Assembly: GCA_003213625.1 (NCBI GenBank) | Contig: QCMT01000002.1 | Span: forward strand, 22,152-86,151 | Direction: 5' to 3' | Source: OCS155 cluster bacterium AG-422-J23 | GTDB lineage: Bacteria; Actinomycetota; Acidimicrobiia; Actinomarinales; Actinomarinaceae | DNA length: 64,000 nucleotides | Shown: piece by piece, positions 18,555 through 27,746 of the stretch | How positions within the stretch are numbered: position 1 is the stretch's first letter | Layout: every line of letters begins with the position of its first letter | Program-made: the position numbers and the translations under genes | The notes under the pieces: model-generated | What the model saw: the letters and a program-made list of their open reading frames with translations, nothing else | Told to the model about the DNA's origin: nothing | Databases searched by the model: none

Positions 18555-19035
18555 CAAGCTCACATTCGTCTAATAAAGTAATTATTTCATCTTTTGATTG
18601 AACTAAGTTGCTTAGGTCAATTTTAGGTTGATCTTGTGTTGGATCGGGTACATCAAGACCTTTTTCTCTCAGACATCTCGCCAAAGAAATATTTTCATCA
18701 TACAAACTTGCCAGTTCTTCTGGGTTTAAAGTGCTTCGTTCTGTCCATAGGCTGTATTTATCAATACAAAAATCGATAGCTTCTCCAAGTTTTAATTCGT
18801 CTTCCTTACTTTGACTTAACTGGTTTATTGTTGTTTTTAAATCCTCTAAATCAAATGGAGTCATAATTTGATAGCCCTTTTCTTCATTTAAACACTTTGC
18901 TAAAACTAATGGATAATCTTCTTCGTTTATGATTTGGGTTGTTGTTGTGTTTTCAGAAATTGAAATAACCCCATTTTCTGAGGTACTACAGATATTAAAA
19001 AATAAAATAAAAAAAAGTATGCTTATTTTTTTCAT
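18532..19035 (-). CDS. double-Cys-motif lipoprotein, paralog C
   Basis: Lipobox FNIC; modules AKCLNEEKGYQIMTP...C and ARCLREKGLDVPDP...C. Confidence 0.8.
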   Translation of the reverse strand: MKKISILFFILFFNICSTSENGVISISENTTTTQIINEEDYPLVLAKCLNEEKGYQIMTPFDLEDLKTTINQLSQSKEDELKLGEAIDFCIDKYSLWTERSTLNPEELASLYDENISLARCLREKGLDVPDPTQDQPKIDLSNLVQSKDEIITLLDECELDEKTNKK

Positions 19036-19089
19036 GTTTATGTATTAATAATAATTATTTACTCATCAAGAATTTAACTTTTTTGACCT

Positions 19090-20292
19090 TTAAACAAATA
19101 TCTGTGTTTTAGGTTCTATACCTCCAGTTAAAGGCATTGCGTATTCAAAAAAATTGTTAGTTACATACGGTTTATTTTTTTCTAGATATTCTTCAGGCAT
19201 ATTTTTTGTATGTTTTGCAACCTTATGTAGTTCAACAACATCTACATCACAATAATAAGTTTCTGAAAACTGTCTTCTTAGAATAATTGATCCGCTTTCT
19301 TTATCTTTTGAAGCTACAACTGCATGCTGTCCAACCCTCTCGGCCTCTTCAGCGTCAACTTCTGAAATGTCTGCGAGAAAAGATCTCTGAAGATAGCCAA
19401 ACGTATCTGCTCTTACCCTCGCTCCTTGAATATGTTCTGAGACAATGTTTGTAAGTGTATCTCCTAAGGCACCCGAACCTGAGAGCTGGATGTTTCCGTG
19501 GCTATCTTTTTTTCCTGCAAGTCCAGAACCTGTCTCGCTTGCGTATGTTTGGAGAAAGTACTCACCATCTTTATTGTGAATGCCTTCGGATACAGCAACT
19601 ATACATCTTCCTAAAGAATCGTAAACTTCTTTTACATCCTTTAAAAATTCATCTAAATTAAATATTTTTTCAGGTACATAAACTAAATGTGGACCGTCTT
19701 CTTCAGTTGATTTTCCTAAAGTGCTGGCAGCGGTAAGCCATCCTGCATGCCTACCCATTAAAACATTGATTTTTATTCCTCTAAGGCTCCTGTTGTCAGC
19801 ATCATCTCCTTGAAATGCATGTGCAACAAATCGGGCTGCTGAACCATAACCTGGACAATGATCCGTTTCCAAGAGGTCATTATCTATAGTTTTAGGAACA
19901 TGAAAAGCTTTAATTTCATATCCTATTTTTTTTGCACCCTCATATACAAGATTTGCAGTTTCTGCAGAATCATTTCCACCGATGTAGAAAAAATATCTTA
20001 TGTTTTGTTTCTCAAAGATTGAAACTAATTTCTCAATATCATTCTCCGTTGGTTTTTTTCTTACTGAGCCTAAAGCAGCTGCAGGTGTTTTTGATATTCC
20101 ATAAAGTTGAGACTCTGAAAGTTTAGATAAATCAACAAAATCCTCCTTTAATATCCCCTCCAGTCCGTGTCTTGCTCCAAGTATTTCATCATATTCCTGA
20201 TTAATAGCCTCTTTTATGAAACCAACTAGTGACTTGTTAATTACAGCTGTCGGACCACCTGATTGACCGATTACCGCTTTGCCAACAGGCAT
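19090..20292 (-). CDS. pfp: 6-phosphofructokinase family, predicted PPi-dependent
   Basis: 400 aa; GQSGGPTAVIN, IGGNDS and VPKTIDNDL. Asp at the fourth GGxDS position and Lys in PKTIDND are the residues associated with PPi specificity. Confidence 0.75.
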   Translation of the reverse strand: MPVGKAVIGQSGGPTAVINKSLVGFIKEAINQEYDEILGARHGLEGILKEDFVDLSKLSESQLYGISKTPAAALGSVRKKPTENDIEKLVSIFEKQNIRYFFYIGGNDSAETANLVYEGAKKIGYEIKAFHVPKTIDNDLLETDHCPGYGSAARFVAHAFQGDDADNRSLRGIKINVLMGRHAGWLTAASTLGKSTEEDGPHLVYVPEKIFNLDEFLKDVKEVYDSLGRCIVAVSEGIHNKDGEYFLQTYASETGSGLAGKKDSHGNIQLSGSGALGDTLTNIVSEHIQGARVRADTFGYLQRSFLADISEVDAEEAERVGQHAVVASKDKESGSIILRRQFSETYYCDVDVVELHKVAKHTKNMPEEYLEKNKPYVTNNFFEYAMPLTGGIEPKTQIFV

Positions 20293-20295
20293 TTC

Positions 20296-21204
20296 TTAGC
20301 TCCCGTTTTGATATACAGAGATAAAATTTAAATATGAATTGGCTATTTCTGATACGGCTTCTTCTCTTGACTTTTCATTTTCATGCCATCCTTTTAGCGA
20401 GTTCCAAAATATAGACCTACCTATCGCAAAGCCACTATATCCATCAACAGATGATCCAGCCCTCAGCCACTCATTAACTTTTTCGTCATTTGCACCTCTA
20501 CCTAGAACAACGGCTATTACATCATCTCTGCCACCATCTTTGATTGCAGAAGAGACTTTTTCACAATCTTCTTTTGTGTCTAATCCTTCTATCTTCCAAA
20601 TGTCAGGGTCTGCCCCTTTTTCTCTCATCTCTTCAACAACCTGAACTGCTAATTTAGGTCTTATTTCTGAATCGTATCTTGATTGATCTCCATCTACACT
20701 CGACAATTGCTCTTCAGTCGCAGGGACTAAAAATTCCAGCAAAAATTTTCTTTCATTTTCTTCAAGCCAATCAGATAATGTTTTTATTCTTTTACCTTGA
20801 ACTTCTCTAGTTTCTTCATCATCATTTGGGTTCCATCTGACTAAAATTTTTACAAAATCAGCATTAACTTCTTTTATCTTTTCTCCAAATTCATCACCAT
20901 ACTCAAAATCAAATACTTTTTGACCTGATTTTTCAACAGGGGCTGCGAACTTAACACCCATTTCTTTTGCTTTTTGTTGCACTTGTAATCCGAAAGTCTC
21001 GTCAACAAGTATTGCGGGTTCACCTGTCCCAATACCTGTTTCTTTAGCTTCTATAAATCCATCAAAAATAATATCTTTCATTGAAGACACTCTTGATGCT
21101 TCTTCCTCGTTAGGCGGTCTTCCTTCTACGCCTAAAAGACCTTTTGTTAGAGTTCCTCTGTGGTCAAATGCAAGTATGTAGAGCTCATTAGAATAACCCT
21201 TCAT
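20296..21204 (-). CDS. class I aldolase, LacD/DUF2090-like (candidate fructose/tagatose-bisphosphate aldolase)
   Basis: 302 aa; the N-terminal YILAFDHRGTL resembles the LacD ALAFDQRGAL motif; 3 nt downstream of the PFK gene. Confidence 0.5.
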   Translation of the reverse strand: MKGYSNELYILAFDHRGTLTKGLLGVEGRPPNEEEASRVSSMKDIIFDGFIEAKETGIGTGEPAILVDETFGLQVQQKAKEMGVKFAAPVEKSGQKVFDFEYGDEFGEKIKEVNADFVKILVRWNPNDDEETREVQGKRIKTLSDWLEENERKFLLEFLVPATEEQLSSVDGDQSRYDSEIRPKLAVQVVEEMREKGADPDIWKIEGLDTKEDCEKVSSAIKDGGRDDVIAVVLGRGANDEKVNEWLRAGSSVDGYSGFAIGRSIFWNSLKGWHENEKSREEAVSEIANSYLNFISVYQNGS

Positions 21205-21218
21205 AGTAATTTATCTCC

Positions 21219-22190
21219 TTAACTTTGTACTTTACTCTTATTCCTTCTTGTAATAAGTATGTACGCTGTCAAGATTATCACAATTATTGTTGCAATGATG
21301 ATGTTTTGAGTACTGTCTGAGCTGCCAAGATCACTTTCTAAATATTTTGCTTTATAAACTAAACCAGGATCTTCATTAAATTTTGTTATTTCAGATAATG
21401 TATTTATCAAATCAACAGTATTTACACCCCAATTATTTGCTAAGTTTTCATCGAGGAAATAAACATTCTCATTTGATACGGCATTAAGACCATCCCAGCC
21501 TTGTCTTGTTGAGATGTCTTTATTCAAAAAGTCAGAGTGTCCAATTACGATTAGATCAGGGTTTGCATTTAAGACCTGTTCTTCTTCAAGAAGTGGGTAA
21601 CCAGATCCGTACGGGTCCTCAGTCTTATCTGCAATATTGCTTACACCAAGAATATTGTAAATTTCTCCTAAAAAAGAATTTTCATTTATTGAATATATGC
21701 CATATGTGTAACCAATTTCGTGATAAACAGATATAGATTCAGTTGCTGAGTTTTCAATAATTTCATCAATGTCAGATTTCATTTCTAAAACTAGAGAACT
21801 TGCTGTATTTTCTTTGTTAATAATTGTCCCAATGGTTTCAATTTGGTAATAAACGTCATCCAAATTTTGTGCAGGTGGAAGAAGAGCATATTCAATATTT
21901 AAATTTTCTAATCCCTCTAAGATACCGTTAAAATCAAAAGCAACGATTACAATATCTGGATTGAGTAAAAGAAGCTCATCTGCTGTAACTGTATAGGCAT
22001 CTATTTTTTTTATTGGAAGTTCTGTCTCTGAGAACGAATCAACACCAATTAGCTGATTCTCAGCTTCAAGCATTTGAATAATTTCTGTATGCGTGGTTGA
22101 TAATGAAATAATATTTTTTTCATTACCTTCGTCAGACGTGCCTCCACACATTGAAATTATCATGGCAAGAAGAAGTATTTTTATTTTCAT
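21219..22190 (-). CDS. BtuF/FhuD-like (cluster A) ABC substrate-binding lipoprotein with extra C-terminal TM anchor
   Basis: Start set at ATG 22190 (MKIKILLLAMIISMCGG lipobox; aaagga SD). NPDIVIVAFDF and NPDLIVIGHS motifs. C-terminal IIIATIIVIILTAYILITRRNK helix. Confidence 0.75.
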   Translation of the reverse strand: MKIKILLLAMIISMCGGTSDEGNEKNIISLSTTHTEIIQMLEAENQLIGVDSFSETELPIKKIDAYTVTADELLLLNPDIVIVAFDFNGILEGLENLNIEYALLPPAQNLDDVYYQIETIGTIINKENTASSLVLEMKSDIDEIIENSATESISVYHEIGYTYGIYSINENSFLGEIYNILGVSNIADKTEDPYGSGYPLLEEEQVLNANPDLIVIGHSDFLNKDISTRQGWDGLNAVSNENVYFLDENLANNWGVNTVDLINTLSEITKFNEDPGLVYKAKYLESDLGSSDSTQNIIIATIIVIILTAYILITRRNKSKVQS

Positions 22191-22211
22191 ATTTTCCTTT
22201 CTCACCACGAG

Positions 22212-22345
22212 AAAAAGTACGATACTCCATTCCTTCTCTCGAGGATTGTTGTAAAAAGTAATAAAGTCGACCTGACTTATCTTTCGAATTACAGTTGCGG
22301 GACAGCGCTAGATTCTCACTAGCTTCGCTTTGTTACTTTGTTTAT
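22212..22345 (-). promoter_or_regulatory. cobalamin (B12) riboswitch
   Basis: Minus strand reads ..GAAGCtAGTGAGAATCTaGCGCTGTCCCGCAACTGTAA..AAGTCAGG.. . This is the conserved GCxGxCCCGCAACUGUAA core (plus-strand coordinates 22289-22306) and a B12-box-like AGTCAGG (22271-22277). Confidence 0.8.
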
Positions 22346-22368
22346 TTAGTGGTTAAGTGTAGCAAAAA

Positions 22369-22959
22369 TTATTGTTCTGTATCGTTTTCAGGATAACTTT
22401 TTAAAGTTTCTGTGAGTGTTTCTTCCTCAATGTCTCTTGGAACATCTGGTCTGGGCATTTCTGGAACCATAAAATCGTCATTTCTGTTTTTTTGTCTCTT
22501 AAATCTTCCCAACGTTTTTGCAACAGGCATTGCTGCAGTTTCTGTGTTTTCATTCCTGGCGTTATCACCGCTAGGTTTTGAGCCAGTTTCGTTATATGAC
22601 TCCTCTAGTACTATTACCTCGATTCCACCAACCAAATCTGAAATTAGGTTATAAAAGAATGCTCCTAGAGTTGCTATTGCTGTTTGAGTTAATAAATATA
22701 CAGTTGCAAAAAATAAGACACTAGAAAATAAAGTTTCTACATTGCCAACTAGAGATGCATTGTCGTCTAGTAGTGCTAGTCTTCTTGCAATTTCTTCAAG
22801 TCCTTGAGGAACCCCAGCATTTACAAGCAAAACCCATAAAATTGAAAATCCAAGAACAATTGTTAACGAAATAATAAAATTGAAGACAAAAGAAACTTTT
22901 AAGACGGTCCAAGGATCAACCTTTCTTATAATTCTTCTAACTCTGTTTACTCTTACCAT
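22369..22959 (-). CDS. DUF3566-like membrane protein (conserved gyrA-downstream gene of Actinobacteria)
   Basis: VRRIIRKVDPWTVLKVSFVFNF N-terminus; 2-3 TM helices; position immediately after gyrA. Confidence 0.6.
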   Translation of the reverse strand: MVRVNRVRRIIRKVDPWTVLKVSFVFNFIISLTIVLGFSILWVLLVNAGVPQGLEEIARRLALLDDNASLVGNVETLFSSVLFFATVYLLTQTAIATLGAFFYNLISDLVGGIEVIVLEESYNETGSKPSGDNARNENTETAAMPVAKTLGRFKRQKNRNDDFMVPEMPRPDVPRDIEEETLTETLKSYPENDTEQ

Positions 22960-25454
22960 TACGATTCATTTTTAATTGGAATAAAGGCAGATATTTCTTC
23001 TTCTTTTGAAAGCTTCATAACCTTTACTCCTTGAGCAACTCTACTCATTTGTTTTATTTGTTTTACAGCACATCTTATTGCTGTTCCACCAGTACTCATA
23101 AGCATAACCTCTGTATCTTCATCAACGGGTCCTGCGCCAATTAAATCTCCTTTGGCTTCCGTAACCTTAAGAGCCTTGACTCCGAGTCCTCCTCTTCCAG
23201 CTCTTCTGAATTCATCTAATTTTGTACGCTTTCCATACCCTTTGGCCGTAATAAATAAGAGTGTTTCCTCTCTGGATGTTGCTGCACCTACAACCTTGTC
23301 CCCTTCACGAAGTTTTATTCCTCTAACTCCCATTGCTGATCTACCTTGGGCTTTAAGATTGTTTTCATCAAATCTTATTGCTTGTCCCTTCTGGGAAACA
23401 AGTATTATGTCTTCTTTCCCAGACGTTGTTTTTACAGAAACAACTTTGTCACCATCCTTTAGCTTTATGGCTTGTAATGATTTATAGTTTGAATCAAAAT
23501 CTTTAAATTTTGATTTTTTTACCGTTCCTTTCTCAGTCATTATTAATAAGAATTTTTCTGTTTCATAATCCCTTGTGTCAATTATTGCCTGAACTTTTTC
23601 ATCTTGTCCCATTGAAAGTACATTGTGAATTAAAGATCCTTTTGCAGTCCTATTTGTTTTTGGAATTTCATGTGCCTTGGCTCTGTATACTTTTCCGTTG
23701 TCTGTAAAGAAAAGTAAATAAGAGTGAACAGATGTTGAAAGGAGGTGCTCAATTACGTCTTCCTCTGAAGAAGCTGCTTTAACACCCTTACCTCCTCTAC
23801 CTTGTTTTTTATAGGAGGTTGAAGGAACTGATTTTATATAACCTTCAGATGAGATGGAAACAATAATTTCCTCGTCTTCAATTAAATCTTCAATTTTTAC
23901 CTCGCCAACATCTGGAACAATTCTGGATCTTCTTTCATCACCAAACTTGTCTGTTATTGCATCAAGCTCTTCAATAAGTATTTGATTTTGTTTCGCTCTA
24001 CTTTTTAATATTGCTGTAAGGTCTTTAATTGTTTCTTTGAGTTCTTTCTTTTCATCTTCGAGCTTTTCTTTTTCCAATGCAGTTAACCTTCTTAGGGGCA
24101 TATCAAGGATGTGTGTTGCCTGAATTTCTGATAATTTAAATTTACTCATCAGTGATTTTCTTGCTACCTCCACATCTTTGGAAGATTTAATGACTTTTAT
24201 TATTTGATCGATTTTATTCAATGCAAGCAATAAGCCATCAACGATATGTAACCGTGCTTTTGCCTTTTCAAGTCTGTATTTAGATCTTCTTTGAATTACA
24301 TCTATTTGATGATCAATGTAGTATCTAATAAGTTCGGGAACCGATAGTACTTTAGGCACTCCTTCAACAAGGGCTACTGAATTAACTGAAAAAGTATCTT
24401 GAAGTTGTGTAAATTTAAAAAGATCATTTAACACAACTTGTGGTACGGCGTCTCTCTTTAACTCAACAACGAGTCTGGTTCCGTTTCTGTCACTACTTTC
24501 ATTCCTTAAGTCTGAGACTCCGGTTAATTTTTTGTCCTGAACCAAAGATGCTATTTTTTCCATAATTCTGTCAATTGAAGCTTGATACGGAAGCTCTTTA
24601 ACAATAATTGCAGATCTACCTTTTCCTAATTCTTCTATGTCTGCAACAGCTCGAAGTTTTATAGACCCTCTACCTTTAAGTATTGCTTCTTTTATCGTGG
24701 GGGTGTCTACAATTAATCCTCCTGTAGGAAAATCTGGACCTTTTATTATTTTTAAATAATCTCGTGGTTTGGGGTCTTTTGTTTTTAATGTAAATTTAAC
24801 TGCCTCTGTAATCTCTTTCAGGTTGTAGGGTGGCATATTTGTTGCCATAGCAACTGCGATACCCTCAGCTCCATTAATTAAAAGGTTTGGAAATCTTCCA
24901 GGTAATACTTTTGGTTCGCTTGTCTCTCCGGAATAATTAGGCTCAAAGTCTACTGTCTCTTCGTCAATCCCATCTAATAGCTGTGAAGACAGGGAAGACA
25001 TTCTAGACTCTGTATACCTCATAGCAGCAGGTGGGTCGTCGGGGGTTCCAAAGTTACCCTGTGGTTCAATCAGGGGGTATCTAGTACTAAAATTTTGTCC
25101 CAACCTTACTAAGGTTCCGTATATAGCGTCGTTTCCATGTGGATGATAGTTACCCATAACATCACCTACAACCTTTGAACACTTTCTGAAAGGTCCTGTT
25201 GGTCTAATTCCTGTTTCATACATTGAATATAAAATTCTTCTTTGTACTGGTTTTAATCCATCCTTTACGTCTGGAAGAGCTCTGGAAACAATAACCGACA
25301 TAGCATAATCTAAGAATGACTTAGATATTTCATCTTCAACAGCAATTGAACCGTTTAGTGTATCAGATTTAATTGTTGGTTTTTTCTTTGTAGCAGTAGC
25401 GGTTTTCGATTTCTTTGCTGCTGGTTTCTTTGCTGCTGGTTTCTTTGCTGCCAT
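22959..25454 (-). CDS. gyrA: DNA gyrase subunit A
   Basis: AMSVIVSRALPDVKDGLKPVQRRILY; catalytic-Tyr region AAMRYTE; C-terminal beta-pinwheel repeats. Confidence 0.97.
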   Translation of the reverse strand: MAAKKPAAKKPAAKKSKTATATKKKPTIKSDTLNGSIAVEDEISKSFLDYAMSVIVSRALPDVKDGLKPVQRRILYSMYETGIRPTGPFRKCSKVVGDVMGNYHPHGNDAIYGTLVRLGQNFSTRYPLIEPQGNFGTPDDPPAAMRYTESRMSSLSSQLLDGIDEETVDFEPNYSGETSEPKVLPGRFPNLLINGAEGIAVAMATNMPPYNLKEITEAVKFTLKTKDPKPRDYLKIIKGPDFPTGGLIVDTPTIKEAILKGRGSIKLRAVADIEELGKGRSAIIVKELPYQASIDRIMEKIASLVQDKKLTGVSDLRNESSDRNGTRLVVELKRDAVPQVVLNDLFKFTQLQDTFSVNSVALVEGVPKVLSVPELIRYYIDHQIDVIQRRSKYRLEKAKARLHIVDGLLLALNKIDQIIKVIKSSKDVEVARKSLMSKFKLSEIQATHILDMPLRRLTALEKEKLEDEKKELKETIKDLTAILKSRAKQNQILIEELDAITDKFGDERRSRIVPDVGEVKIEDLIEDEEIIVSISSEGYIKSVPSTSYKKQGRGGKGVKAASSEEDVIEHLLSTSVHSYLLFFTDNGKVYRAKAHEIPKTNRTAKGSLIHNVLSMGQDEKVQAIIDTRDYETEKFLLIMTEKGTVKKSKFKDFDSNYKSLQAIKLKDGDKVVSVKTTSGKEDIILVSQKGQAIRFDENNLKAQGRSAMGVRGIKLREGDKVVGAATSREETLLFITAKGYGKRTKLDEFRRAGRGGLGVKALKVTEAKGDLIGAGPVDEDTEVMLMSTGGTAIRCAVKQIKQMSRVAQGVKVMKLSKEEEISAFIPIKNES

Positions 25455-25455
25455 G

Positions 25456-27378
25456 TTATACGTCCAAGAACCTTACATCTTTGGCGTTTTCCTCAATGAA
25501 AGTCTTTCTTTTTGCAACGTCGTTACCCATTAATATTTCAAACATGTTTGCTGCTCTAGCTTCAGCTGCCTTTCCATCAGCAATGCTTACTTTTATAAGA
25601 GTTCTACTTTCTGGATTCATTGCAGTGTCCCAAAGCTCTCCTGCGTTCATTTCTCCAAGACCTTTAAATCTGCTGATATCAAATTTCTTATTTTTGTTTT
25701 CTTTTTTAAAATTTTCAAGGGCTTGATCGTCTTTCAAATAATTTATTGAACCAGAAGACTTTGCTCTATAAAGTGGAGGTTCGGAGATCCAAACCTTTCC
25801 TTCTTTAATGAGTCCGGGCATAAATTTAAAGAAGAATGTTAACAACAAGGTTCTAATGTGGGCACCATCAACGTCTGCATCTGTTAAAAATATAATTTTG
25901 TCATACCTTGATTCTTCTCCGTTATATTCGGCTTTTATTCCTGTTCCGATTGCCTTGATAAGAGAACTTATTTCTTCATTTTGTAAAGCTCTGTTCTCTG
26001 TAACTTTTTGAACATTAATAATTTTTCCTCTAATTGGAAGAATTGCTTGCGTTCTTGAGTCTCTTGCTTGCTTGGCGGGACCAGCAGCAGAATCTCCCTC
26101 TACAATAAATAATTCACTTTGTGATGGATCTGTTGAAGAACAGTCTGCCAGCTTTCCTGGAAGGCCTGATGTTTCAAGTATGCTTTTTCTTTTAGTAAGC
26201 TCTCTTGCTTTCTTTGCACTCATTCTTGCTTTTGCCGCAATAGCGCACCTCTCGACAATAGCTCGTCCTTCTTTTGTATTTTTTGAAAGCCATTTTGGAA
26301 ATTCTTGGTTTACTAATACTTGTACTTTAGATTTCATTTCGGTGTTCCCAAGTTTTGTTTTTGTTTGGCCTTCAAATTGTGGTTCTTTCACCCTTACAGA
26401 AACAACACCTGTTAAGCCTTCTCTTATATCATCGCCTGTTAAAGAAATATCAGAGTGAAGATTTCTAGATTTAGCAAAATCGTTTATTGCTTTAGTAACT
26501 GCTGTTCTAAGACCTTCTTCGTGAGTTCCTCCTTCAAGAGTATGTATATTGTTTGCAAAGCTTTTTATATTTACGTCGTCTTCGTTTTTCCACTGCATTG
26601 CAACTTCTATTTCGGAGTCCTTGCTTTGATCTGAAAATGAAATTGTTTTTTCATGAAGAACCTCAAACCCCTCATTTAAATAATCAACAAAATCAACTAA
26701 ACCACCTTTATAAAAGAACTGTTCTTTTGTTGCTGGTTTTACTCTGTTGTCAGTTAGGTTAATCTTGAGGCCTTTGTTTAAAAATGCTGTTTGTCTCAAT
26801 CTTTCCGAAACAATGTTGTATTCGAAAACCTGTGTTTCATCAAATATTTCTGGATCAGCCAAGAAGTTTATTTTTGTTCCTGTTTTTTTGGAAGCTTTTC
26901 CTTTTTTAATTTTTGAAGTGGGCTTTCCGTAATCAAAATTTTGATTCCATACATGTCCGTCCCTTTCTACTTCAACCTTCACAAAAACAGAAAGTGCGTT
27001 TACTACCGAAATACCAACTCCGTGTAGACCGCCGCTTACTGTGTAGGCTCCTGACTCAAACTTTCCTCCAGCATGTAGTGTTGTTAAGACGGTTGTTAGG
27101 GCAGATTTTTTTGTTTTAGGGTGGGGCTTTACGGGTATTCCGCTTCCATTGTCTTTTACTGTGACTGAGCCGTTTTTTTCAAGCATTACATCAATTTGAG
27201 TACACCTTCCCGCCATTGCCTCATCAACAGAGTTGTCCACAACTTCCCAAATTAGATGGTGGAGGCCGTTTGGTCCGGTCGAACCAATATACATTGCTGG
27301 TCTTTTTCTTACCGCTTCTAGACCTTCTAAGACTTTTATGTCTTTAGAATCATAGCTTTTTGAATCTTTTTTTGGCAC
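25456..27378 (-). CDS. gyrB: DNA gyrase subunit B
   Basis: GTG start with aggag SD; LEGLEAVRKRPAMYIGST, GGLHGVG, EGDSAGG, PLRGKILNV-like and DADVDGAHI motifs. Confidence 0.97.
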   Translation of the reverse strand: MPKKDSKSYDSKDIKVLEGLEAVRKRPAMYIGSTGPNGLHHLIWEVVDNSVDEAMAGRCTQIDVMLEKNGSVTVKDNGSGIPVKPHPKTKKSALTTVLTTLHAGGKFESGAYTVSGGLHGVGISVVNALSVFVKVEVERDGHVWNQNFDYGKPTSKIKKGKASKKTGTKINFLADPEIFDETQVFEYNIVSERLRQTAFLNKGLKINLTDNRVKPATKEQFFYKGGLVDFVDYLNEGFEVLHEKTISFSDQSKDSEIEVAMQWKNEDDVNIKSFANNIHTLEGGTHEEGLRTAVTKAINDFAKSRNLHSDISLTGDDIREGLTGVVSVRVKEPQFEGQTKTKLGNTEMKSKVQVLVNQEFPKWLSKNTKEGRAIVERCAIAAKARMSAKKARELTKRKSILETSGLPGKLADCSSTDPSQSELFIVEGDSAAGPAKQARDSRTQAILPIRGKIINVQKVTENRALQNEEISSLIKAIGTGIKAEYNGEESRYDKIIFLTDADVDGAHIRTLLLTFFFKFMPGLIKEGKVWISEPPLYRAKSSGSINYLKDDQALENFKKENKNKKFDISRFKGLGEMNAGELWDTAMNPESRTLIKVSIADGKAAEARAANMFEILMGNDVAKRKTFIEENAKDVRFLDV

Positions 27379-27455
27379 GGATCTCCTAAGATACGCTTCT
27401 TTTTTATATTAAGTACAGCCCCTTGCTGAACTCTTATTTTAGTAGAAATACGTTA

Positions 27456-27746
27456 TTATTGTTGGCTATTTTGCAATTCAACACGTATAGAATTCACCGA
27501 AAATCCAAGCTTTTTTTCTATATTGTTGATTATTTTTAGAGACTCCAGTTCGATTATGTCTTTTAGTCTTTTTGAGTCCACATAAATTACAAGGCTATCG
27601 TTAATTACTGGTCCTGAAGATATTTCGTCCTTCCAGGGGTAGGAAGAGTTATTAAGGTGTTTTTTAACTTGTTCTGATTTTTTAAAATTTATTCCAACAC
27701 TGTTTTCTTCAATGTTTATTTTTTCAGGTCCACTTGCTTGTTTCAC
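27456..27746 (-). CDS. DUF721/DciA-like protein
   Basis: 96 aa; occupies the slot between dnaN and gyrB that the DUF721 gene fills in Actinobacteria; C-terminal pattern LVIYVDS...LKIINNIEKKLG..V..IRV. Confidence 0.5.
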   Translation of the reverse strand: MKQASGPEKINIEENSVGINFKKSEQVKKHLNNSSYPWKDEISSGPVINDSLVIYVDSKRLKDIIELESLKIINNIEKKLGFSVNSIRVELQNSQQ

